Below are positions 35,427 through 48,659 of a stretch of 64,000 nucleotides of DNA, piece by piece. Made by a program: the position numbers and the translations under genes. The DNA lies in the NCBI GenBank assembly GCA_010909165.1, contig MU008150.1:558001-622000 (forward strand). The letters run 5' to 3'. The DNA comes from Anthoceros angustus (lineage: Eukaryota > Plantae > Anthocerotophyta). Under the pieces are notes generated by a model. That model searched no databases and was not told the DNA's origin. It saw nothing but the letters and a program-made list of their open reading frames with translations. Position 1 is the first letter of the stretch. The number at the start of each line of letters is the position of its first letter.

Positions 35427-38306
35427 ATACTTGTGCAATCATTTCCATAGTTTTGTTTGAAGCGTAACTTGTAGTTTCGTTGTTTCTAGCTCAATGCAAT
35501 TGTGATTCAAGCGATCTTTTAGATCAAAAACACTTTTATTTATTTTACTATTTTTATTTGCTAGTGACGAAATCTTTGGTTCACGCCTTAGCAATTGTGT
35601 AAAAGGAGTTATTATCGTTATGCTATTTCCATTAGTGATGTTGTACACTCTATTTTGTACGATCGTAGATGTTTTAAGTTGACTAACCAAAGTTCAGGTC
35701 AGTTTGTTGTGTAGTTAGGTTGATGTTTTCTCTCAATGTCTAGTGTGTGTTAAAAAGATCTTTGCAGAGTCGGATAAGTTCTCTGCTAGACAAATTAAAG
35801 AAAGCGGGAAGGAAGACATTGACAATGTATAGGTTAAGCTAACTTGTCGCCGACTCTCCTTACCCCTTCCCGGATTTTTTGATCCTCAACTTTCATATCT
35901 TCTAACAGGTTTAGAATGGCTTTCTTCATTTTCTTGTAAGTTCTTTCATTTGCATTTTCTTTTGTTGTAAGTGCAATACTTTCGTGTACTATACCTCATT
36001 CTTATTGATTTTTTATATTTGCAAATGGTCCCGAAAAGCCCTGGGCCTATTGAACCCGGGAAGAAGAGAATTCATATTTCTGAGGTGATGGTGAACCCCT
36101 TTACAAGGCAACGCGTGAAGTCAGTTTTTCTTCACGGTGACACACTTTTTTGATGACAACATTGATCGTATTTTTATCATAGTAAAGAAATATCATTGGC
36201 ATTTTGGTACCAAAGAAGATGCATGCAAAGCCATCGAGGCATTTCTCATCCAAGCGGTGCACGGCATGATGAGTTTGTCATGAGGAGGAAGAGGAAAATA
36301 CCCGGCCTGCGCCTTTGGTTGAAGACCCTTTGACTACCATCACTAATTATAATTATGTCCCTGCTTTTTTAGAGGGTTGATATTGTAGTTCAAAAGAAGT
36401 ATCAAATCACTAATGATCCTATGGTTCTTAATGCTACAAAGACCTGCCTCTAGACTAAAAATGTTTGTGGGTGGTTGCTTGCGGTGCTATAAGATCATTG
36501 TGCACACGTTCCTCATGTTTTACATGGTGAGTTTTTTTTTTTTTTTTTTTTTCTGCCTAATCTCAAGTCACACTTAATCGAATGCTTGGATATGTTAAAG
36601 AGGGAGGTATGTGGATCCTCATGACGATTTTGCATGGGTATGGAGGAAATCAAGATGAGACCCAATTTGAGGAGGAGGGATTAGATCCCTTTGTCCCTAC
36701 GTGCTATGGATGATACTATGGCATTAAGGTTAAGTCTAAGCGTGTAAAAACTGGTGTCTTAGTTGTCTCTAAACTTTTATGAAAGTCGGTGATGTAAGGA
36801 ATTGGGATAGAAATATTGAGGATATCGCGAATATGACTAGAGTTATTCGATATTTTCGCCGTTATTAAACAATCAACCTCATTCTCTATTTTTGTACAAA
36901 GTGCGAAGCTTGAATGACAACTTGAGGTTTTCCCCTCGTAAGTGGTTTTCTTCTGAACCTTTAGCCATAATTTCCTTCTTGATTTCAATTTTGAACTTTT
37001 ACGAGGTTGATATACTTACTGTCTAGCATCCTACAAGCGTCTAAGGTATGTTTTGGAGCAAAGCCGTCTTGGGATTGATGTACCGGTCACCAATATGTTC
37101 CACAAGATGTTCCATGGGGCTCAATACCTTGGTTGCTTCTATGGTAGCAAGGATCCATAGGATAACAAGTGTTTAGGATAAGTGCGAGAAACAATTTCCT
37201 TCAAATTATATTACCGAGTTAAAAGTCAAAAGTCTAATTTCTCGCTACTCGAAATGCATATATGGCAATATAAACTTATGAACCCATGAAAGCATTTCAA
37301 TATATGCATCCTCGTGAATGTGGATACAGGAGTTGCAAAAGAAAAGGTTTTGCAGCGTACCTAATAAAGGTATGAAGAAGGTTTTGCAACATACCTAATA
37401 AAAAGTTTTGAAGCATACCTAATAAAGAAATTGAATGTGATTTAAGGACCCTGTGTTGAGGTTTAGTATGCCAGCCCATGAAAAACTGAAGTAAAGGAAG
37501 TTTAGTTTCCTAAACACTCGTACCACCAGACATAATAGTATTCCAACCAATGTTAACTTAATTTCGTGGTAATTATAAGTTTTTCTTTTTAAATTCCATT
37601 TTGCATCTAAGCAAGGAGTAACCCAGATGTCTTAGTTGAGATCACAGACCTCCTTGATTTCTATCTCCACTTGTGCATGTCTCATCTATCTTTGGGTTCC
37701 ATGTAACTCGAACCCAGTGCGATATTCTCAGAGCCTTTCTTCCGGGTTACATATTAACGTTTCAGCATCCGCACCCATAACGCCCGTAATATTTGACACT
37801 TGCGAATAGAAAATCGGCTCCTACCAGTTGACTAAAAACGGGGTGGCCAAGGCCTGTTCGCGCTCACCACACAGTGGCACGCATTCATGACCACTCATGT
37901 TGGACTTCTCTGAAAACTTTTGTCAGATCACTTACGCAGGTCACGATAAAAGAAGTAGTAACTAAACTCGACTTTAAAGTTATCTCGCACCATCGAAAGA
38001 AAAAATGGCCTACATGATGCATCACCTATGAGAAAGATTGCCACTTGCCCTTTGGAGGGCAATGGATGCCAGCTTGGTAGTAGTGGTTGTTCGGTGTTGT
38101 TCCTAATCCGATATTGATTATTATAAAATATATAAAAGTATAATATTAATACATATTGTAAGAAGTGATGGCAAACGCATCCTTCCTCCTTGTAGTGGTA
38201 TCAATTGTTCCTCACGAATACATCTGGTCATTTTGTGTTATCCACGGCGGCCGTAGCGGCCCCTTTCCGGAACTATCCCAACAGTTCATTGCTAAGGATT
38301 TCGCTT

Positions 38307-39755
38307 TTATTGCATTATTTCCCGTTTGGCTATCTTGGATAGGAAGAAGACGCGAAGACGGAAGACCTTTATGTAACACACGCGAGTCCGGAAGTATTCA
38401 CAAAGCGCATAGCGCGGGGTCGGGTTAGATGCCATCCCAGGGGCATGCGGTTTGGAGCTGGAAGATGCTTGAGGCTGAGGCTCAGGCATGGGCATATACC
38501 CGACCTCTTGCACACCATCGAGGTTACCGTCCACCCAAAACCAGGAATTGGAAGGCCGCAGTCGCAGTCTCCTTGCAGGCTGCGGCAGGGGTGGCGAACT
38601 CCACGGCCGGCCCCCAGACACAACGCAACGTCCATGAGCTTGGCAGGAACAGCATCATATGCGGTACTCGAAAAGCAGCTCAGACTGGGAGTCGCCAGGA
38701 GGTGAGAAATCTTGCACACTTCTGAATGCAGCCTGCAGGTAGGCCTCGTAGTCGAAGTCGGACGGGAAACCAACCACTGCGCCCGAGTTACCAACACCCA
38801 TGGCGGAGGAGGAGCCGTCGTTGATCGGGCAGACCGGGAGGCCGCTGTCCCAGAGGCTCCCGCACGGGTTCACGCTCTGGTCGATGAAGAAGGGCTCCTG
38901 CAGCTGCGCTGCAGCAGCACAACAGCTGTCCTGCAAAAAACCCTCCCACGGAAACTGCAGATCAGACATCGTCGTGCATGTCCGACACGTACATGTACAA
39001 GAGTGGATCGACCAAGATGAAAACCTGGTCCAGGCCCCCACCTGCAGGGAACGAGCAGGCGGGAGGAGCCCAAAGAAACGGCGTCTGCCCAGGACGGCAC
39101 CGCTGGAGCAGCGCTGGTACGCAGCTGCCGGCAGCCCACGTCCAGCCCGCCATTGGCACTGCGGAAGTCTTGCGGCATCGGCCGCACGGCGCCTGCGGCG
39201 TCAGGCACCGGCCCGCCTGCAGCACGCTGTCCGGGCTCCGCAGCGTGGGCGGCGCCAGCTGCTTGCACTCTGCCCCGAACCCACAAGGAACGTCCGAACT
39301 TCCTCGACGATGGTGACGGTCATGACTCTCCTCCCGATCATCCGCCATCTTCAACAATGGAGTCGTAGCAGGCAGTGATGCCACATCCGTCTCCATCTTC
39401 ACTCCCACGGTCGGGCTCAAGCCCGAGCTCCTCCGCAACCTCTGCTTCGGGGCCTGCTCCTGGGCTGCAGGTGCCTCGTCTTCCGCAACCCCGTCAGCCG
39501 CTGCACCACCTCCCTGAAATTCTCCGGCTCCGTCTCTACCACTCTCGGAGAATCGCTCCGGATCACCAGATTCACCGCCCCGGGAACCCGGTACCTCGGC
39601 TTGCAGTCCGCCATGTGCAGAGTCACGCAGTTTTGAGTCGCAAGAATCGCTGGATTCGTTTGAGTCGCTCGAGTCGCGTGAGACGCACGAGTCGCGAAAC
39701 TCGCACGCCTCGGCTCCCGCGCCATCCTCACATCTTGGCCTTCTTCCCAATCCAT
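38307..39755 (-). CDS. VQ-motif protein (apparently intronless; frameshifts; 3' end uncertain, 38307-38962)
   Basis: PRVVETEPENFREVVQRLTG fits FxxxVQxLTG. ATG at 39755 (MDWEEGQDV). Downstream overlapping ORFs form a low-complexity tail. Confidence 0.75.
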
Positions 39756-40475
39756 CGACGGGCGCCCTGCTTCCCGACGCCGTCTTCCTCCGTCTCGGGA
39801 CGGCCTCAGCTTCGGCTGCGAGGAGGAGGGAAGAGAGGACCATCCTCTGCTGTGTGCAGACCTCCTTCCCGCATTGCGGGCGTGCACAGGCGGCGCTTCC
39901 TGTTAAGACCTTGGCAGCTTCTGTCGGGAACCGACGGATGCCAGTGACGTCAACACAGGGCCCGCAGGCAGAGTCCGGATCGTGAGTGTCGGGATCGTTG
40001 CAGCGTGGACGTGGCAATTTCTGCTCAGATCTGTGAGGGACAAGACTCTGCCTGGGGAAGCTTGCATCCTGGGCGGGGGGAGAGATTTCAGGGCCGGGAG
40101 TGGGATCTGGGGATGTTTGAGCCGGGGGCGTCGGATCTGACCTCCAGAGCGGGCTTGTCGTCGCGTCTCAGAGCCCGCGGGAGCTCCGGGAGCCTGCTGT
40201 GGCCAGTCTCAAAGTCCTCGTGGGCTGACAGACATAGTAAGTCTATCGGGTCCGTCTTGCACACGACGCACGAGCACCGCCCTGACGACATGTCCCCGGG
40301 CTGAGTAGGGCTGAGCAGAGCTTGTTCACTGGGTGTACCGCCCCTGGGTTGCGGGATGAGATCTCGCACATGGGGCTTGAAAGCACGAAATTCCAGGTAC
40401 GGGGAGCAGGAATTCGGCTCGTGCCGAGAACAATGGCCGTTTCTGCTACGTGGAGGCCTGTCGACACTCTGCTTT

Positions 40476-43155
40476 TCAGATGGAACTGGTAGAGCACAGT
40501 ACACCGCTGAGGCTCACTGCCCGAGCTTCAAGGATTTTCACATCCACTATGCTGCCTATCAGATCCGGTCCTCCCTCTAGGAACACCAGGCGGTTGGCGT
40601 TTGTTCGACCCATCACCTGCAGGCGTGGCAGTATACAGGTTCAGTACTCTTGTGGTCTTGGTTTCGAGCTTTCTTGCATTTTTGATGTGATGTGGAATGT
40701 GAGGAGGGAAGGGAAATGGTGGTAAACCTGGTGATCGTGTCCTGGTTTGGTGTTGGGTCCTTCTACGAGCACTTTCTCCAGTCGACCGATGTATCTTCGG
40801 CTTCGTTCCAGGGAGTGCTCCAGTTGAAGGCTGCACGTGAATAGTGGTGGTGAGAGAGGCACATGGAGGAGCAGCAGAAATGAGATGTTGGGTGAGGAGG
40901 AAGACCTGTTGATGCGGTGGAGCCGATCCATCTTGATGAGCTCAGCTACCTGAGAGGGAATCGTGGGCAATGCTGTCATGCGGGAGACTTGGAATGGAAG
41001 ATATATTGGGTGATGTGTGAAATGTGGAAGAGAAGCTTCAACCTGATTGTCCCAGAGAGCTGCTGGGGTCCCAGGTCGTGGAGAGTACGCTGCAGTGTTT
41101 ACTTGGTCGAACCTGACCTCTGCAGATGTGAGGCATCATGTGTGAGGGAAGAAGTGGACATGGGTGTTTGGAGTACAGGATGGAGGCAGTCTCTACCCAC
41201 CGTTCATGACCTTGAGTGTGTTGAGAAACTGCTCCTCTGTTTCACCTGTTGCCACATGGTTTTTTCTGTTCAGAAAAGATGAGCTTTGAAGCTTCAAACC
41301 AGTGGCATCCTTTCTTGTGGCAGAAAGGAATCCTTACCAGGGAAGCCTACGATGACATCCGCGCTGATGGAGCAATCGGGCATGTATTCCCGCACTTTCC
41401 TGATGATGTCTAGGTATCTCTCTGCAGTGTATCCTCGCCGCATAGCCTGTGCCGAGGCCGATGCCACTGATGGTTCAGGTCAGAAGAGGGAAGCGAACAC
41501 ACTTCAGAATGAGAAGCTATGAAGGAATACCTTGAGAATGTCATTATCCCCTGATTGATATGGAATGTGGAAATACTTGCAGACCTTGGGCAGCTCGGCA
41601 CAGACCTTGATGAGTCGTTCTGTGAAGTACCGTGGCTGCAGGGGACCAGACGAAGGGATTGTGAGCGTAAGAAGCAGGCATTTCCAGAAAGCCAGCCAGC
41701 CTGCTCAGATGCTTTCTGCTTACATGCGATGTTGCAAATCGAATCCTCTCTATGCCAGGGACGTCATGGACGTACTTCAATAGGTCAGCCAGAGTCCACA
41801 GCCTACGGCCAGATCCATCAGCTGCAAACCCAGGAAGATCGCGCCCATAAGCATCTATATTCTGTCCCAAAGAGTCACCTCTTTATACCTGGCATGTTGA
41901 GCCAACAAGTGCTTGTATCAGCAGCATCCAAATCGTCACAAGTTCTGGATGAAGTTGCTCTGTTGTCTACACTTACCCAGCAGCTCCGAGGGCAACCATC
42001 TCCTTCCTAATTGCTTCAGGCTCCCGAGACTGCTCCTTGCCACGAACTCCAGGAACGACACAATATGTACAGTGCTCATTACAGCCTGTTGCATGCAACA
42101 TCAAACAATTGATGTCCAGATGTTCAGAAGATGAATAAGATGACCACACATGCAATGCATCACACAGTGAAAAGAGACTCACAGAAACTGACCATAAATC
42201 ACGTTCACCCATGCAGTTATAGTTGAGCTCCTGCGCACAGATCAGACCCTTCCACATGTCAGAAAACTGAGACATATACAACAGCTTTGCTGCAAAGAAA
42301 AGGAAGAAGCTGGACCTGCGAGGCTTTGTGATATCTTCCATGATATACATAGGCTCAGTTGCACAAACTTGACTCCCTGATCCACCTGCTCCACCATTCT
42401 CACATAACAACCATCACACATCCTCCCACATCTCAACACTGCACCAGAAGCAAAGACGACCCTCACCTGATCCAGCAGCTCCTGAAGCCGGCCTACATGC
42501 TGCGGGCCCATCACCAAATCCACTTCAGGCACTCTCCGCAGCAATGCTTCACCTTCCTGCTGGGCCACATCCAGCAACCACAATCTTCATGCTGGGGTTG
42601 GCCTCTTCCTCGCCTTCTGGACACCAAGAGCAGAATACACCTGACACACCAACCTGGCCCCAGTCAGTGCCAGCATTGCCACATTCCCACCATCGCCATT
42701 CCTGCCGACAAAATGCCCTCCTATCACCCAACAATTCCCATCCAGCCATCGTCCCTTGCAGCTCATACCACACATTCCCTGACGATCCTACTGTACCTTC
42801 TGCTCGGACCTGTCCCGAATGCTGCAGGTATTGAGGATGAAGAGCGAGGCGTCCTCGGGGCTGGCAGCAGGCGCATACCCATTTGCACAAAGCACTCCTC
42901 CATCCGCTCCGAGTCCGCCACGTTCATCTGGCACCCCATAGTCGCAATGTGGTAGAGCCGAGGCCCAGCCTGCTCCACCGCATCGCCATCTCGCCGGCTC
43001 GGCTCCGCCGCCACCGAGCCCGCAAGAGCGCAGGATTGAACACAGCTCTGCTGCTGCCTCTTCCGCTGCCCCAGGGGAAGGGAGGCGAGCCTGTTTCTCC
43101 CGCCATGCAGAAATGCGCGTTCCTGCAACGCCGGGGCCGCCATCGCTGCCATCAT
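40476..43155 (-). CDS. miaB: MiaB tRNA methylthiotransferase (radical SAM plus TRAM), multi-exon, with probable transit peptide
   Basis: [31 protein letters not shown] (CxxxCxxC), [38 protein letters not shown], and TRAM exon [12 protein letters not shown]...SSI*. Confidence 0.93.
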
Positions 43156-43309
43156 CGTTCTACCCTCCCCTGTCGTTTTCCCTGACGGTTCCCGCCCGAC
43201 AGAACTAGTCACAACAGATTCGGAGAAGCTAGCGATCCTCGATTCTTCGCAAGTCGGATTGGGCTATGTAGATTGTGTGTCCGATTTGTGCCCCGATTTG
43301 CTCGCACCC

Positions 43310-45127
43310 ATGACATTGGCAGCTGTGCACGCCGCTTCAGCGGCTTCCGCGAACGGGGCGTCTGGAGATGGAGCGGAGAGGGATATGGAGCTCGAGCTCG
43401 GCCGGCTGTTGTGTCCGGTGTTGGGCAGCTGCAGATGCCGGGGAGGCTGCCCTCGAGGGCCTCAGGTCTGCTCTGCCGGGCAGCTGTTCCTGCTGCGGGG
43501 ACGGCCCCGGCTTCGCTCACGATCCAGCACGTGATCGAGCTTCTGCTGAGCAAGACGGATCTGACGGACGCCCAGGCGGAGGCAGTGATGGAGGCCTGCT
43601 GGACGGAGCGGAAGCGGCTCAGATCAGCGCATTCCTGGTGCTGCGGGCCAAGGGGAGACGTATGAGGAGATCACAGGGCTGGCTCAAGCGATGTTGAAGA
43701 GGAGCGTCCGTGTTTCTGGGCTGTCAGGGACGCTGGACATTGTGGGGACTGGAGGGACGGTGCCAATACCGTGAACATTTCGACTGGAGCTTGCATCTTG
43801 GCAGCTGCTTGTGGGGCTAAGGTTGCCAAAGTTGGGAACCGGTCGTCGTCTTCGGCTTGTGGGAGTGCTGATGTCCTGGAGGCTTTGGGTGTGGCTGTGG
43901 ATCTTGGGCCAGCGGGGATCAGGAGGTGCGTGGAGGAGGTAAAGGTGGGGTTTATGATGGGGCCCAGGTACCATCCTGCTGAAGCTTGTGAGTCCTGTAA
44001 GGAAATCGTTGAAGGTGAAGACCGTGTTCAACATCTTGGGGCCCATGCTGAATCCTGCCAGGTCCCCTTTGCCATTGTTGGTGTCTACTCCGAGCCTTGT
44101 AAGTCCTTGGCTTTTCTTCATGAGTTATATGGTTTCCTGCCCGTTGCCGTATGGTGTCGAGAGTCTTCCTTTTGGATCATCTGTGCATGTTTTATGGATT
44201 TTGATGCAGCACGCGTTAAAGTTGTGAATGACAAGCTAGGGTACTTCCTGTTTCACAGTCACCTGTGCTTCAGGCGGAATGACAACCATACATTAGAGAG
44301 ATGGATGCGTCTTGACTTGTATAGGTGGAGAAGATGGCGAAGGGCTGCAGCTTTTCGGGATGCAGAGGGCGCTTGTTGTTAATTCTGTTGGCTTGGATGA
44401 GATATCTCCCTCGGTATGTGGCAGATTATGGTGGGAGTTTGTGGTTCTTGCAGTCATGTGATAGTGATGTGAGATTGTTGTATACTGGGCAGGCCCTGGG
44501 TTTGTGCTGGAAGTCTACCTGACAGCATTCGACGATTCAACTTCGACCCATGTAGGTCGCCTTAGCTGACCCATGTGTAGCTCTAATTTTATAGCCATTC
44601 TCATCTTGCCTCTCGTTGTACTCATCTCCGTATCTCTCTGTTTAGTGGACTTTGGAATACCTCGCTGGAGGATCTTCGAGGAGGAGCTCCAGATTACAAT
44701 GCTCAAGTTCTACGAGATGTCCTTGCTGGAAAGAAGGGTCCAATTGCTGATTCCTTGGTATTTTTTTCCACTTGTCCTGACTGTTCTGATTGTCAATGGG
44801 TGCGGTACTTAAGCAGAGGCTTAGTCCTGGAATCATCTTCCTTCTGCTGACAGTTCGCTTGTTTCTGTCATGCAGATTCTGAATGCTGGAGCGGGACTCA
44901 TGGCTGCTGGCGTCACAAGAGACCTAGAAAGTGGGGTCACATTGGCTAGGGACGTTCACCAGTCTGGTGAAGGAAGAAAGTTCTTGATGCATGGATTGCT
45001 CTGTCTCAGGTTTCAAACGCTCTCTTTTGCATTTGTTTCTGCCTGCTTCCCCACAAGTTTCTGTCAACCGTGACATCTTCTTTCCTGTTCGCAGGAACTG
45101 AAGCTGGCGGAGAGTCTTGAAACCTGA
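43310..45127 (+). CDS. trpD: Anthranilate phosphoribosyltransferase (plastid TrpD/PAT1), multi-exon, several indels
   Basis: QISAFLVL.RAKGE, DIVGTGG, NISTGACILAAACGAKVAKVGNRSSSSACGSADVLEALG, VRKSLKVKTVFNILGPMLNPA and ILNAGAGL. Confidence 0.93.
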
Positions 45128-45510
45128 GGAAGCTTCCTTTCGGACGGGTTACTTATCAGTTCACATCTATGCTTCATCCATTCCTTCGCAAACACGTCCT
45201 CAAAGGCAAATAGTAACTCAGATAGCAAGCCCGAGGAAACAGACTTTGAGGGTGCCCATAATGGACTTAGTAGCTGAGATAGGACTCGCAGATGCTAGAT
45301 TCAGACTCTGGATCGGTGTGCACACAGCTCTTTGGCTGCATTCGCGTTGCATGTTGATACCACCAGTCCACCAGCTACTTCAAAGTCCTCTCTACTAGAA
45401 ATCAAATTGTGCATCTCGAAGACTGCACATCTAGGGTTTTAGAGTCAGCCAGCCTGGCGGTCTTGAAAGTTGTGGTTTTCACCTTCATGTCACGCCGTTC
45501 TCCTGCTAAG

Positions 45511-46769
45511 ATGGCATCAGAGGGCAAGTATTTTCGGTCGTTTGGACCTCACGTATGCTGTCATTGAGACTGAGCATGGATGCATTGAGCCCCAGGGCCT
45601 GCTTGTGGAAACCACCGCTGGGTGATTTGGATCCTTTCGGAATGAAGAGTGAGCAGAGCTCTGCCAACGGTGGGACAGAGTTCTCAGGCAGGTCCGCTAG
45701 CGTGTCAAGCGGGGCTGGACAAGAACAGTGTGTTGCACTCCCAGCATCTCCACAGTGGAAGAGAGAAAGGACGGAAGATTAGCCGAGGAATTAGGGAGGA
45801 GTCCAAATGGCGAGGACATCCTTGTGGAAGAATCAGGAAGCGATGCTGCAGACGGTGTTGAGCTGAGCGAGAGCCAAGACCTAGGCGGCCCTTCTGTGTC
45901 ATGTGCAGGAAGCCAGCATCTCTTTGCATATGTGGAAGGATCAAGTATGTGGTGAAGAACCAGGTTGGGGTGACCATCTTGCAGCACCCTGAGGAGAGGG
46001 ACCATGCTCTGGGATCCGCCAGGATAGCCATGCTGAGTCTTCAGAACGTTCAGCTCATCATCCTCCCGGAGGTTGATGAGCAGGTTTCTTTCAGGATCCG
46101 GTTCCTGGATCTAAGAGGAGCATTGCAGGAAGGGGAGGAAAGAAGCTGCAGGCGCAGCAGAAATATCAGGAGGTGAGCATGAAAAAGTCCGGGCGATCTA
46201 GGGTTTCTGCCTATGCTCGTTCTGCAGGCAGCTTGGATGATGGAGGAGCAGCAGGGGTCTCTGAGCGGGTGGGGAATAGTGGGGAGATGTCTGCAGTCCC
46301 ATCTTGGATTAGGTTGCCGGAAGGGACAGGGCTGCTGTATCCCACTGACAATGCCGTGGAGCTGCTGCCTCATCTGCCACCCTCCATCGGAGGAGCTGAG
46401 GCATCATCCCCAGAGCTTGCTGGACTTGCAGAGATGGCAGGTAGCATCTCCCACCTCCCTGTAGTGAACCATCTCATCGTCTTGGACGGAACCTGGTCCA
46501 AGGCCCGCAGAATTTACTGCGAGAATCCCTGGCTCCATTCTCTCCCGCACTTCAAGTTGTCATCAGCTGCACCGAGTATGTCACAGTGTGTCAGGCGGCA
46601 GCCCAAGCCTGGCTGCCTGTCCACAATCGAGAGCATTGTGTTTGCACTGCGAGTGCTGGAACCAGAAACCCAGGGCCTGGACAGCCTCCTGGACGTCTTC
46701 GACAGCATGATACAAGACCAGAAAAGATTCAAGGAGGCTAAACCCGGGTTCACAAGAATCCGATCATGA
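45511..46769 (+). CDS. DTW-domain protein (tRNA-uridine aminocarboxypropyltransferase, DTWD2/TapT-like); start approximate; indels
   Basis: CVMCRKPASLCICG, ILQHPEE, LLYP, LIVLDGTWSKARRI and GCLSTIESI. Telo-box-like tagggtttt at ~45432. Confidence 0.88.
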
Positions 46770-47009
46770 GGACCGTCTGGTGCTGGCACAGAATTTGCAT
46801 GCGATAGCCATCGCCAGTCCGATTTTGTAACATTAGGACGTGAGAATCCCGTGAAGGAAATGATGAACGAACGTGTGAACCGGAAGGCTTTGCCTCAAAA
46901 CAACAACAACCTTGGGATCGTTGCCCGTTTCACTCCTCTGTGACCTTCGTTACTGTCCCTGTCCTGCGCGTAGACGCAATCTGTCATTGTGGGTTGAGGG
47001 TTGTGGAGG

Positions 47010-47992
47010 ATGGTGATGGTCATGCAGATGGCGATAGCAGGCGCGGCTGCCGGTCACCAGACTGCGCCCAGGACACCAGTTACCCTCCAGGCTGTATGTC
47101 TTCCGTCCACCAGCAGAGCTTGGCTCCGAGGCAATGGCAACGGCACAGGCAAAGGCACAGGGTGTGGTAGCTTTGGAATCGTCCAGTGCCGATGTTGGCG
47201 TTTCCACAAGCTCTCCGGAGGGCACAGCCGAGCAGCCGCAAGGGCCGCCCATAATCGAGCTTCAATTTCTGTCGGTGAGCCTGGGCTTGTCTGCGCATCC
47301 AATCCAGCACATTTGCATTAGGGTTGGGCCGATTCTGTGATGCCCATTTGTGCAACATGCTGTAGCCTGATGCAGGTGGCGATGTGCAAACAGCTTCTGC
47401 AGTGAGTGGGGACAAACTGCTGAGAACCATCATGAAGGACAGCAAGCTCGAGCTCTATGATACGTGGGTAAGCAACTTCCTGCAATCTGACACATGATCA
47501 TTCCATCGCTGGTTTGATACATCCAATGGACGTGGGGAAAGTCATGAACTGTGGAGGAGGTGGGAGCTGCAGGCATTGTTCAGGTCTTTCTTCTTCAGCC
47601 TTACTGGGCTCGATCAAGTGAAGCCTCCTCTCAAGCTGACTGGAGCTCTCTAGACCCTTCTTTGACGCAGATTCTGGAGGGTCAGGAGCTTCTGAACGAC
47701 AGGACGGATGCAGAGTACAAGTACTTGAAGAAGGTCAGTCCAATTTCCTAAAACGGATGTCCAAAGTATGCACCAACAACACCTGGGCTGATCATTCCGG
47801 TTGCTATTCCTTTCACAGAAACCAGACAACTGGAGGCTTTCCTGCCAAACGATTGTTGGGGACAAGACCAACAGCGGCAAGGTGGGTGTCATGTCAATTC
47901 TGTCTTGCCGCAAGGTTTCCAGATTCCAACCCTGACCTGTTACCCCTATGGCTGCAGGTGGTCGTCCAACGACTTCCACAGAAGAAAAATGA
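47010..47992 (+). CDS. Plastid 2Fe-2S ferredoxin-like protein of the PnsB3/NDF4 family, multi-exon
   Basis: Exons IIELQFL | AVSGDKLLRTIMKDSKLELY | GKVMNCGGGGSC | ILEGQELLNDRTDAEYKYLKK | KPDNWRLSCQTIVGDKTNSGK | VVVQRLPQKK. Confidence 0.85.
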
Positions 47993-48659
47993 CACACTTC
48001 GTAACTGTGGTAAATCAGGACAGCTAGAAACAAAATTTGATCGAACGAGGTGGATTCTGGAATCTCGATTCAAACCATACCATTTGTACTAATACGCATT
48101 CCTTGACGAATTCATGGATAACTTGGAAACGTTGAAGTAGTCGAGGAGAGAAGCACGCAAGCAGAAGTAGGCACTGCAAACGCCAAGTGTGCCTGGCAGA
48201 TTCATCGTCAGGAATTTACCACGATTTCATCTGTCTTGGCATGCCGGGTCTTTGGAAAGCCAAGGCTCGCTTACGCGAAGGGCTTCCCCTCGCCTTCTCC
48301 TGTGACGCAATCGCATCGACTTCTGTTGTACAAGGCACGCCCCTGCCTTATCCTGGCTGCCGCGGCTTTTTGCAGCCTGCATTCTCAAATTGGGTGGATC
48401 TGTGAGACGTTCCAAGCGGAGTTTGTTCGAATTGCAGTCGGAATTGGAATTGGGTGCTGGAGGAAGGTTGTGTGGAATCGTGCGGGAAGCCGGCCTGGTA
48501 GGTCTGGCGGAGGCCGGGAATTGGGATGTCCTCGACAATCTGCAGCAGTTTGCGGCTGCGGGAAATGATCCGGGAGCGGGTGACGGATTTGTGACGTGAA
48601 TGGAGGGAGACTCCTGGCAGGGATTGAGAGTGATCAGGGGTTTGTGGTGAAAGCTCGAG

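Noticed and set aside
40476-45127. Bacterial contamination or an operon (miaB, trpD)
   Set aside because: Both genes have spliceosomal introns and N-terminal extensions, and they are divergently oriented.
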